Shown here piece by piece: positions 46,809-55,430 of a stretch of 57,424 nt of DNA. Numbering within the stretch: the first letter of the stretch is position 1; each line of letters begins with the position of its first letter. A program made the position numbers and the translations under genes. The notes beneath the pieces were generated by a model. It was not told the origin of the DNA. It searched no databases and worked only from the letters and a program-made list of their open reading frames with translations. The stretch covers positions 1 to 57,424 of the forward strand of contig JBBTGK010000308.1 in assembly GCA_038060635.1 (NCBI GenBank), written 5' to 3'. The DNA is from Cyanobacteriota bacterium. GTDB lineage: Bacteria > Cyanobacteriota > Sericytochromatia > UBA7694 > JACMQJ01.

Positions 46809-46981
46809 GGTTAAGATGATAAAATTAGGGTTAAGTAGGTTAAGTATAAATTAACCTAAAGAGAATAGTTTATTTTGTGTAACTCTATTTAATTATAGTT
46901 TTTATCACATAAATATATTATTAGTTCGTGTATATTGATTTTTGATTAAGATAGTTTTAAATGATACTTAATCAGATTAAG
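46809..46981 (+). promoter_or_regulatory. Cluster of RTTAAG heptamer repeats upstream of the two-component operon (candidate response-regulator sites)
   Basis: GGTTAAG occurs at 46809, 46829 and 46838 (spacing 20 and 9 bp), with the inverted TTAACC at 46851. GATTAAG (46944) / CTTAATC (46967) form an inverted pair, and GATTAAG recurs at 46975. All lie in the 440-bp gap before 47098. Confidence 0.4.
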
Positions 46982-47097
46982 AAAAAGATAAGTAAATCGA
47001 ATTAGATAGTTTTTTTAGTATTTAGTCTTTTTTATTTGTTCTTTTCTCAATTAAAAATAGTAAAAAAGTGTATTAGAATAGGAGTTAGTTTACTTAG

Positions 47098-47790
47098 ATG
47101 GCAGAAAAAGTACTCTTAGTTGATGATGAAGAAGCAATTATAGAATCAATAGAATTTGCTCTTAAACAAGAAGGCTTTGAGGTTATCAAGGCTGCGGACG
47201 GTCATGAAGCATTACAAAAAGCTCATTTAGAAAAACCAAATCTTTTGGTTCTTGATCTTATGTTGCCAGAAGTAAGTGGATTAGAAGTTTGTAGAATCTT
47301 GAGAAGAGAACGTAATGAAGTTCCAATAATAATGCTAACAGCTAAAGGCGAAGAAATTGATCGTGTAATTGGTCTTGAAGTAGGTGCTGATGATTACCTT
47401 GTTAAACCTTTTAGTTTAAGAGAATTAACAGCAAGAATAAGAGCTTTATTAAGAAGAAGTAAACCAGCAGATTCTGAGAGTGTAGAGCTAGAAACAAGAC
47501 ATTATCTTGATCTTATAATGAACCTAACAGAACACAAAGTTACTGTTAATGATAAACTTGTAGAACTTTCTCCTAAAGAATTTAAAATCCTTTCAATGTT
47601 AATGTCTGCACCAAATAAAGTTTTTTCAAGAGAAGATCTATTAGAACAAGTTTGGGGACTAGATTTTTATGGTGATACCAAAACAGTTGATGTTCATATT
47701 AGATGGCTAAGAGAAAAAATAGAAGATGATGCTAGTAATCCTAAATATGTCCAAACTGTTAGAGGATTTGGCTACAGATTAGGTGGTTAA
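47098..47790 (+). CDS. OmpR/PhoB-family response regulator
   Basis: Receiver motifs 'LLVDDEE', 'LLVLDLMLP' and 'DDYLVKPF'. The winged-helix output has 'TVDVHIRWLREKIE...VRGFGYRL'. Confidence 0.95.
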   Translation: MAEKVLLVDDEEAIIESIEFALKQEGFEVIKAADGHEALQKAHLEKPNLLVLDLMLPEVSGLEVCRILRRERNEVPIIMLTAKGEEIDRVIGLEVGADDYLVKPFSLRELTARIRALLRRSKPADSESVELETRHYLDLIMNLTEHKVTVNDKLVELSPKEFKILSMLMSAPNKVFSREDLLEQVWGLDFYGDTKTVDVHIRWLREKIEDDASNPKYVQTVRGFGYRLGG

Positions 47791-47792
47791 TT

Positions 47793-48800
47793 TTGGCAAA
47801 CTCTAACATAAAAAGTGGTTTTTTAGTCATAGATTCTAATTCTATAGTTCAGTATTTTGACGAAGAAGCTAAAGAAATACTCAATATAAATGAGGATTTG
47901 TTAAATAAAAAAATTGATGTACTAGTGAAAGATAGTTTTTTACTTTTGTCTATTAATGAAGCGATAAAATCAAAAACTGTTTTTACAAAAGAAGTTAAGC
48001 TAGAAGAAGATTTATCAAAAACCCTTTCTTTAAAAATAGAGCCTTTTAAGTTTCTGGATCATGATGGTTTTTTTATTCTTATTTCAGATCTTACCAAATT
48101 AAGAAAATTAGAAGATATGCAAAAAGAATTTGTTGCAAATGTTTCACATGAATTAAGAACCCCTTTAACTTCAATAAAAATGGCTTCTGAATCTCTTCAA
48201 ATGGGAGCAATGAATGATCCTAAAATGAGAGATAAATTTTTATCTAACATACAAAGAGAAGCTGATAGATTAAGCCGTCTAGTTAATGAATTATTAGTTT
48301 TAGCAAGATTAGATAATAAAATTACTTTACAAACTACAAGATTTAATACTTTTGAAATGTTGGATGATATTGTTACTGTAATGAAACATCATGCAGATCT
48401 TAATGATATAACACTAATATCAGATTTTGATGAAGAGTTACCTTTTATCGAAGCAGATAAAGACAGAATACAACAAGTTTTAATAAATCTTACTGATAAT
48501 GGTATAAAGTGTAATAAAAAAAATGGTGCTGTAACTCTTTATGCTAGAAATATAGGTGATAGTATTGAGATTAAAGTTATTGATACAGGTATAGGAATAC
48601 ATAAAGTTGATATTGATAAGGTTTTTGATAGATTTTTTAGAGTTGATAAATCAAGATCACGAGTTACTGGCGGTACAGGCTTAGGCTTATCTATAGTTAA
48701 AGATTTGATAGTCGCTCATGGTGGAGATATTTGTGTAGAAAGTGAAGTTAATGTAGGTACATCTTTTATAATTAAACTTCCTTGGAGACAAAAACGTTAA
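47793..48800 (+). CDS. Cytoplasmic PAS-histidine kinase (HisKA + HATPase_c)
   Basis: H-box 'SHELRTPLTS', N-box 'LINLTDNGIKC', G1 'DTGIGI' and G2 'GGTGLGLSIV'. There is no TM segment. The TTG start lies 2 nt after the regulator's stop. Confidence 0.9.
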   Translation: MANSNIKSGFLVIDSNSIVQYFDEEAKEILNINEDLLNKKIDVLVKDSFLLLSINEAIKSKTVFTKEVKLEEDLSKTLSLKIEPFKFLDHDGFFILISDLTKLRKLEDMQKEFVANVSHELRTPLTSIKMASESLQMGAMNDPKMRDKFLSNIQREADRLSRLVNELLVLARLDNKITLQTTRFNTFEMLDDIVTVMKHHADLNDITLISDFDEELPFIEADKDRIQQVLINLTDNGIKCNKKNGAVTLYARNIGDSIEIKVIDTGIGIHKVDIDKVFDRFFRVDKSRSRVTGGTGLGLSIVKDLIVAHGGDICVESEVNVGTSFIIKLPWRQKR

Positions 48801-48827
48801 TAAGGATTGATAAGTAAATAATATCAC

Positions 48828-48891
48828 TGCACTAGAGATTTCGCTTTGGAACATCTTTACATGTAGGGATTTGAGTCATCAAATCCTTTAT
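48828..48891 (+). repeat. Conserved 3'-intergenic hairpin element, copy B
   Basis: TGCACTAGAG...TACATG (48858-48863), then stem GGATTT (48867-48872), loop GAGTCATC and AAATCC (48881-48886), then TTTAT. It has the same 30-nt spacing from TGCA to TACATG as copy A. Confidence 0.6.
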
Positions 48892-49037
48892 TAGGTTATT
48901 TAAGTTATAAAGCATTATTTTTTATAAAAAAATTAAAAAATGATATTATAAAATTTAAGCATATCTATTATCTAAGCTCTTATTAATGTATAATTTAGAA
49001 TCGTTTTTTAACAATAAGTTTTTCTTTGAGGATTTTA

Positions 49038-50222
49038 ATGAGTAAATATAAAAATGAACTTGCTCTCGGTGCTTTTACTCTAGTTGCAGCATCTATATTA
49101 GGTTATATGATTCTTTCTGTTGGTAAATTCCAATTTGGGCCAGTAACAAATGTAAAAGTTGCTTTTGATAGTGCTTCAGGAATCGTTAAAGATGCCGTTG
49201 TAATGGTTGCAGGAGTAGAAGTTGGTAAAATTAAGAAAATTCATTTAGAAGATAATAAAGCTCTAATGGATATTACTTTAAATGAAAATGTAAAAATTAG
49301 TAAAAATGTAAAAGCCATAATAAGAGCTAAAAGTTTGTTAGGCGAAAAATTTGTTGAATTTATACCAACTAAAAGTGATGATTTTCTTAAGGAAGGCGAT
49401 ATAATAAAAAATACTGTAACTCCTGTAGAAATAGATCAACTTATAACAACATTAGGTCCGTTAATGCTAAAATTAGGCCCTGTTTTAGAAAAAATAAAAC
49501 CAGAAGATATTACAGATATGTTTAAAACTATTTCTGCTGCATTAAAAGGTAAAGAAGATCATATTGCTAGAATTATTACTAATGTTGATTCTTTGTTAGT
49601 TTTCTTCAAAAAAAGTGAAGGTAAGTTTGAAAGTATAATGGGTAATGTTGATTCTTTAAGTAAAGATGCAACTTCATTAATAACAGATAACAAAAGCTCT
49701 ATAAATAGAATAGTAACAAATACTGATAAATTGATGACTAATTTTGGTGGACGTTCAGATCAATTAGCAAAAAGAGTTGATGTAATTGCTAAAAACTTAC
49801 AAGATGTTACTAATGATTTACAAAAAAAATCTCCTAAGATAATTAATAATGTAAATTCTATAACTGATGATATTAAAAATGTAAGTAAAGATTTTTCTAA
49901 AAATAATCCTGAATTTGGTAAAAATATAAATTCTATAACATCTAATATTGATAAAATAGTTTCTTCTATTAATAAAGAAGCTCCTGATTTGGCAAAAGAT
50001 TTATCTAAAATAACAAAAGATTTATCTAGTATTTCTGCTGAACTATCAAAAAAAGGACCTAAGATGGTTGATAATACAGATATATTGTTATCTAAATTAG
50101 TAAAAACGCTTAATCAAATTGATCCTTTTATGACAAAATTAGAAAAATTTGATGATAAAGAGTTAGTAAAAGAAATTGAAAGATTATTAAGACAAATTGG
50201 AATAAGAATACATTTATTATAA
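49038..50222 (+). CDS. MlaD/MCE-family protein with a long helical repeat C-terminus
   Basis: N-terminal TM 'LALGAFTLVAASILGYMIL' and MCE core 'VKVAFDSASGIVKDAVVMVAGVEVGKIKKIHL'. The C-terminal region of about 230 aa has recurring 'N[VI][DN]S[LI][TS]' units. The ORF track starts at TTG 49026; ATG 49038 is preferred. Confidence 0.8.
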   Translation: MSKYKNELALGAFTLVAASILGYMILSVGKFQFGPVTNVKVAFDSASGIVKDAVVMVAGVEVGKIKKIHLEDNKALMDITLNENVKISKNVKAIIRAKSLLGEKFVEFIPTKSDDFLKEGDIIKNTVTPVEIDQLITTLGPLMLKLGPVLEKIKPEDITDMFKTISAALKGKEDHIARIITNVDSLLVFFKKSEGKFESIMGNVDSLSKDATSLITDNKSSINRIVTNTDKLMTNFGGRSDQLAKRVDVIAKNLQDVTNDLQKKSPKIINNVNSITDDIKNVSKDFSKNNPEFGKNINSITSNIDKIVSSINKEAPDLAKDLSKITKDLSSISAELSKKGPKMVDNTDILLSKLVKTLNQIDPFMTKLEKFDDKELVKEIERLLRQIGIRIHLL

Positions 50223-50225
50223 ATT

Positions 50226-50999
50226 ATGAATCAATACGACACACATTCAGCTTTATATGATGCTTTATACCTTGGTTTAAAAGGTGAAAAAGAGTTTTAT
50301 GTTTCTGAATCACTAAAAATAGGCGGAAATATTCTTGAATTAGGTTGCGGAACTGGTAGAATAACAATTCCTATTGCTCAATCGGGTTTAGATATAGTAG
50401 GAATTGATAATTCTGAAGGGCTATTAAAAGAAGCAAATGAAAAAGTCTCTAAAATAAAAAATCTTCCTGGAAATGTAGAGTTTTTGTATGGTGATATGAG
50501 AGATTTTTCTTTAGAAAAAAAATTTGATTTAATAATTATTCCTTACAGAGCATTTTTACATTTACACACCCCTGAAGATCAGAAAAAAACACTTAGAAAT
50601 ATTCATAATCATTTAAACGAGAACGGGAAGTTAATAATGAATATGTTCTTTCCTAGAATAGATGTTATAGATTCAAGCATAAATACATTAGGCAATGCAA
50701 TAAAACAAGTAAAAACACTTGAAAATAATGGTAAAAAAACGATTTTTTATGATAGTAGAACTTATAGTAGTTATACACAACTAATACACCAATATTTTAT
50801 TGCAGAAGAATTGGATGAAAATGGTATAGTTACATCAAAGCAATATTTCCCATTAACCTTAAGATGGGTAACTAAATTTGAAATGGAACATCTTTTTGAA
50901 TTATGTAATTTTAAAATAGAAAACCTTTATGGATGGTTTGATAAAAGAAATCTTTCTGATGAATCAGAAGAAATGATTTGGGTTGTTAAAAAATCATAA
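50226..50999 (+). CDS. Class I SAM-dependent methyltransferase
   Basis: Motif I 'ILELGCGTGRIT', 'DLIIIPYRAFLHL' and 'LNENGKLIMN'. It starts 3 bp after the MCE gene. Confidence 0.85.
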   Translation: MNQYDTHSALYDALYLGLKGEKEFYVSESLKIGGNILELGCGTGRITIPIAQSGLDIVGIDNSEGLLKEANEKVSKIKNLPGNVEFLYGDMRDFSLEKKFDLIIIPYRAFLHLHTPEDQKKTLRNIHNHLNENGKLIMNMFFPRIDVIDSSINTLGNAIKQVKTLENNGKKTIFYDSRTYSSYTQLIHQYFIAEELDENGIVTSKQYFPLTLRWVTKFEMEHLFELCNFKIENLYGWFDKRNLSDESEEMIWVVKKS

Positions 51000-51060
51000 T
51001 AAAGGGAATAATTAGTTAATTGAAATATTTTTTGAATACCTAGTAGATTTAAAATAATAA

Positions 51061-51786
51061 ATGAATAAGATAGAAACACTCTCAATAATTATTCCTGCAT
51101 ATAACGAAGAAAGAACTATAAGCCATATTCTTGATAGATTAAAAGATGTAAAATTAGTAAATAATATAAAAAAAGAAATTATTGTTATAAATGATTGCTC
51201 TAAAGATAATACAGCTCAAAAAATTCAAGAATATATAAATGATAACAAAGAGCTTGATATGAAACTTTTTAGCCATGAAATAAATAAAGGTAAGGGAGCT
51301 GCTATTCATACAGGAATAGAAAAAGCTACAGGTGATTATTTAATAGTTCAAGATGCAGATTTGGAATATGACCCAGAAGAATTTAATGAGCTTATTCATC
51401 CAATATTAAGAGGAAATGCAGATGTTGTTTATGGTTCTCGTTTTATGGGTAGTAAACCACACAGAATATTGTTTTTTTGGCATAGTATAGGTAATAAAAT
51501 ACTTACTACGCTTTGTAATATGGTCTCAAACTTAAATCTTACCGATATGGAAACTTGTTATAAAATGTTTAGAGCTGATATTATAAAAAAAATTTTGTTG
51601 AAAGAAAAAAGATTTGGTTTTGAGCCTGAAGTAACAATAAAAATTTCAAGAATTCCTAATATTAGAATATATGAAGTAGGAATTTCTTATTATGGAAGAA
51701 CTTATGAAGAAGGGAAAAAAATAGGTTGGAAAGATGGAGTAAGAGCAATTTATTGTATTATTAAGTTTGGTTTTTTTAGTAAATAA
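51061..51786 (+). CDS. GT2 polyprenyl-phosphate glycosyltransferase-like (ArnC/GtrB/DPM1-type)
   Basis: 'LSIIIPAYNEE', 'VINDCSKDNT' and 'VQDADLEYDP' (DxD). A soluble GT-A of 241 aa, followed directly by a GT-C-like membrane protein. Confidence 0.85.
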   Translation: MNKIETLSIIIPAYNEERTISHILDRLKDVKLVNNIKKEIIVINDCSKDNTAQKIQEYINDNKELDMKLFSHEINKGKGAAIHTGIEKATGDYLIVQDADLEYDPEEFNELIHPILRGNADVVYGSRFMGSKPHRILFFWHSIGNKILTTLCNMVSNLNLTDMETCYKMFRADIIKKILLKEKRFGFEPEVTIKISRIPNIRIYEVGISYYGRTYEEGKKIGWKDGVRAIYCIIKFGFFSK

Positions 51787-51792
51787 TAATAA

Positions 51793-53031
51793 ATGCAAAA
51801 CATTTTAGAAAAAATATTTCTTAAACCAAAAACTTTTATTTTCTTTTTTTCTTTTTTTATTTGCATTATTTTTTACTTAATAATTCCTGAAAGTTACAAA
51901 CATAATGAAAGTACTGATTACCTTTCTTTTTATGAACCTGTTGCAAAAAATATTGCTTATAAAGGTATTTTGATTGATGATCTTGAAAATTTAGGATTTC
52001 GTTATCCAGCAGGGTTTCCAATAATTTTAGCTATTATTTTTATATTAGCAGATATTTTTTTTATTTCTCATCAAAATGCTGTATTTATTTTTTCTATTTT
52101 GTGTATATCTTTATCATCAATAATTATATATTTAATTTCAAAAAATATATTTGGAGAAAAAAAAGCTCTAATTGCTCCTATTTTATTTACAACTTATCCC
52201 TTATTACTTTGGACAATAAAACAACCTAATTCTGAAAGTCCTTTTATGTTATTTATTTTATATTCTATATATATAATTCAAAAAATATTTAATAATAATG
52301 AAAAAAAGTATGAAATATATATATTAGGTTTTACTATAGCTTATTCTATGTTAATAAGACCAATTGCTATTTTATTACCATTAATTGTTATTTTTTTCTT
52401 ATTTTTACATTATTTAAAAAATAAAAATAAGAAAATTATTGAATATATAATAAATTTTGCTATTGTCTGTGCTATTACTCTATTACCTTGGGAAATATAT
52501 GCTTATTCAAAAATTAATAAAATAATTCTCCTTAGCTCAAATGGAGGTGCTAGTATATACGATGGACTTACTTATAATGTTAATTTAAAAAATTATCGCC
52601 AAAAAATTGAATACTCAAAAGAAATAGATGAATTAATGAATAATATAAAATCTAATACCTCATTAAAATCAAAACCTAGTGAAATTTTATTTGTAGTGAA
52701 AAAAGAGTTTTTAAAAAATCCTATTAATGTAATATATTTATATATTATAAAAGCTGTTAGGGTGCTATATGGAACAGATAGTCAAAGAAATGAAGCTATT
52801 ATATCCATTATTCAAATAATATATTTAAGTTTATTGGCTTTTTGTTTTTTTAAATCAAAATACTACTATTCAAATGATATATTTTATATTTTTTTACTTA
52901 CCATTCTAATATATATTTGGTGTATGGGAATTTTAGTTCTTTCTATAGTAAGATATATGGTTCCATTTATATCTATATTTTTCATTTTTACGCCAATAAT
53001 AATAAAATCAAATAAAGAAATAAAAACTTAA
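51793..53031 (+). CDS. GT-C-type membrane glycosyltransferase-like (ArnT/PMT_2-like)
   Basis: 412-aa polytopic membrane protein. The first loop is acidic ('ESTDYLSFYEP') and is followed by 'RYPAGFP'. The call relies partly on its position 6 bp after a GT2 gene. Confidence 0.5.
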   Translation: MQNILEKIFLKPKTFIFFFSFFICIIFYLIIPESYKHNESTDYLSFYEPVAKNIAYKGILIDDLENLGFRYPAGFPIILAIIFILADIFFISHQNAVFIFSILCISLSSIIIYLISKNIFGEKKALIAPILFTTYPLLLWTIKQPNSESPFMLFILYSIYIIQKIFNNNEKKYEIYILGFTIAYSMLIRPIAILLPLIVIFFLFLHYLKNKNKKIIEYIINFAIVCAITLLPWEIYAYSKINKIILLSSNGGASIYDGLTYNVNLKNYRQKIEYSKEIDELMNNIKSNTSLKSKPSEILFVVKKEFLKNPINVIYLYIIKAVRVLYGTDSQRNEAIISIIQIIYLSLLAFCFFKSKYYYSNDIFYIFLLTILIYIWCMGILVLSIVRYMVPFISIFFIFTPIIIKSNKEIKT

Positions 53032-53666
53032 TTATGAGATAACCAAATATATGTTAAAAGTAAAGTGCAAATAGGTGCTATTACATAAAATATACCTTGT
53101 GGTTTTGGTATTTTTATTTTTACTATAAATAAAACAGCAACTAAGAAAAAAGTTAGTCTTATAAGAAATTCATATAAAGGTTTATTACCATAAAAATAGC
53201 TAGTATAAACTATAGGAAAAATAATAGCTGAAAAAGTAACTGGTAAGCCAGTATAATATTTTATTTTACCTTCTCCAGAAGTTCCATGAACATTAAAATA
53301 AGCTAATCTCATACTTGCACAAGAGGCATATAAAAGAGCAAGAACATAATCAAAAAAAGTATTAAAACCTAAATTGAAACTAATCATTACTGGTGCTACA
53401 CCAAAACTTACTACATCAACAATAGAATCAAGTTGAACTCCAAAAAGCTTTTCTTCCTCTTTTAATGGTAATTTTCTTGCTACCATTCCATCTAACATAT
53501 CACATAAACCAGAGTACATAAAACAAATTATTGCATAAGGCATTGAGTATGGCATTTCTTGATATGAAGAAAGAAAACATGCTGACAAAGAAAGGACAAG
53601 ACCTAACATCGTTATAGCATTTGGTAAATTATATACACCAATAAACATTGAAAAATTCCTAAACAT
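53028..53666 (-). CDS. CDP-alcohol phosphatidyltransferase (phosphatidylserine-synthase-like)
   Basis: 'CDMLDGMVARKL...FGVQLDSIVD' is the D-G-x2-A-R...G-x3-D-x3-D motif, with a slightly longer spacer than canonical. It is a polytopic membrane protein. Its stop overlaps the convergent gene's stop. Confidence 0.8.
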   Translation of the reverse strand: MFRNFSMFIGVYNLPNAITMLGLVLSLSACFLSSYQEMPYSMPYAIICFMYSGLCDMLDGMVARKLPLKEEEKLFGVQLDSIVDVVSFGVAPVMISFNLGFNTFFDYVLALLYASCASMRLAYFNVHGTSGEGKIKYYTGLPVTFSAIIFPIVYTSYFYGNKPLYEFLIRLTFFLVAVLFIVKIKIPKPQGIFYVIAPICTLLLTYIWLSHN

Positions 53667-53736
53667 TAATTATAGTATTTTAGCATTTAGATCAATAATA
53701 TTATTAAATTTCATAAGATAATAATTATTTATTTAC

Positions 53737-55344
53737 TTAATTAACTTTATTTTTTTCCAAAAAAGTATCATAACTACCTTCATAAATAGTTATTTTATTA
53801 TTTTTTATTTCAAAAATTCTATTACAAGTTCTGGCAATAAAGTCTCTATCATGCGAAATAACAATAAATGTTTCAGGAAATTCTTGCAATGCTTTTATTA
53901 GAACTTCTTTTGATGGTAAATCTAAATGATTTGTTGGTTCATCCATTAATAAAAGATTTGTTGGTGTTAATAACATTTTTGCCATTGCCAAACGACTTCT
54001 TTCACCACCACTAAGTAATCTTACATCTTGAAAAACTATTTCATTTCTGAATAAAAATCGTGATAATAAAAATCTTACTTGTGTTAAAGTCCATTCTGGA
54101 ACCATATCATGAATTTCGTTTAATACAGAGTTTTCCATATTTAGCTTATCTGATTGATTTTGAGCAAAATAACCTTGATTTACATTATGACCAAATTCTA
54201 CTTTTCCAGAAGTTGCTTCTTGTTCTCCAATTAAAATTTTCATTAAAGTTGTTTTACCAACTCCATTACCACCTAAAATAGCAATTTTTTGACCTCTTTC
54301 TATTACTATCTCTTCTTTTATAGAAAAAATATGTTTATCATCATAATCCTTAGAAAGATCTTTTAATGTCATTACAGTTCTTCCTGATGGTGGAGGTGCT
54401 GGAAATTTAAAATCAATACTTTGCTCAGTTTTAGGAACTTCAATTCTTTCGATTTTATCAATCATTTTTTCTCTACTTTTAGCTTGTGTAGATCTGTGGG
54501 CACTTGCTCTAAATCTATCAACAAAAACCTGCATTTTTTTTATTTCTTTTTCTTGTCTTTCATGTGCAGATATAATTGTTTCTAAGTTTCTTTCTTTTAT
54601 TATTTCAAAATCTGAATAATTACCAGGATAATCATATAAAACATGATGTTCTATTTCGGTTATTCTTGTAACTATATTATCTAAAAATCTTCTATCATGA
54701 GAGATTAAAACTACTGCGTTTTCATATTCTTGTAAATGTTTCTCTAACCATTCAACAGCTTCTAAATCTAAATGATTTGTTGGTTCATCTAATAATAATA
54801 AATTTGGTTTTTGAAGTAACAATTTTGCTAAGGCAATTCTCATTTGCCATCCTCCACTGAAACTACCTACAGGAGAATCAAAATCTAACTCTTTAAAACC
54901 TAATCCTTTTAAAACTCTAAAAATTTCTCTTTCTAAACCGTCAGAGTTTGTTCTTCCAACTTCTTCTAATAAAACAGAATATTTTTCAATTAAACCATTT
55001 AATTTTTTTTCATCGGTTTCGGTTTGCATTTTATCTAAAACTTCATTTAGTTGGAATTCTAATCCAAAAACTTCAGGGAAAGCACTTTTAACTTCTTCTA
55101 TCAAAGTTAAATCTTTTAGTGCAGGTAATTCTTGACTTAGGTATGTGATGGTTGTTTTTGGTGCTATATAGATACTTCCACTATCAAATTTTTCTTCTTT
55201 TACAAGAATTTTCATTAAAACGGATTTACCGCAACCATTTACGCCAATAAGACCAACTTTATCTGTTGGGCTTATAAACCAATTTACGCCATCTAATATT
55301 TTTTTCTGTGAAAACTCTACAGAAAGATCTGTTAATTTAATCAT
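53737..55344 (-). CDS. ABC-F family ATPase (two ABC cassettes, no TMD)
   Basis: Walker A 'GVNGCGKS' and 'GGNGVGKT'. Signatures 'SGGWQMR' and 'LSGGERSR'. Walker B 'LLLLDEPTNHLD' and 'LLLMDEPTNHLD'. The inter-domain linker is charged. Confidence 0.9.
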   Translation of the reverse strand: MIKLTDLSVEFSQKKILDGVNWFISPTDKVGLIGVNGCGKSVLMKILVKEEKFDSGSIYIAPKTTITYLSQELPALKDLTLIEEVKSAFPEVFGLEFQLNEVLDKMQTETDEKKLNGLIEKYSVLLEEVGRTNSDGLEREIFRVLKGLGFKELDFDSPVGSFSGGWQMRIALAKLLLQKPNLLLLDEPTNHLDLEAVEWLEKHLQEYENAVVLISHDRRFLDNIVTRITEIEHHVLYDYPGNYSDFEIIKERNLETIISAHERQEKEIKKMQVFVDRFRASAHRSTQAKSREKMIDKIERIEVPKTEQSIDFKFPAPPPSGRTVMTLKDLSKDYDDKHIFSIKEEIVIERGQKIAILGGNGVGKTTLMKILIGEQEATSGKVEFGHNVNQGYFAQNQSDKLNMENSVLNEIHDMVPEWTLTQVRFLLSRFLFRNEIVFQDVRLLSGGERSRLAMAKMLLTPTNLLLMDEPTNHLDLPSKEVLIKALQEFPETFIVISHDRDFIARTCNRIFEIKNNKITIYEGSYDTFLEKNKVN

Positions 55345-55430
55345 AATAAGTGTTACATCTAATTTTTATAAAAACGAAAGTTAATTATATCATTTTTTTT
55401 ATTAGTTTTTAAGTTAAGTTTTTTGGTAAT

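Noticed and set aside
25169-54281. Short ORFs at 25169-25375, 34178-34381, 38838-39053, 40158-40418, 43936-44124, 44531-44743 and 54060-54281
   Set aside because: These are antisense or out-of-frame overlaps of well-supported genes. The one at 34178-34381 spans the convergent intergenic palindrome. None is needed to explain the sequence.
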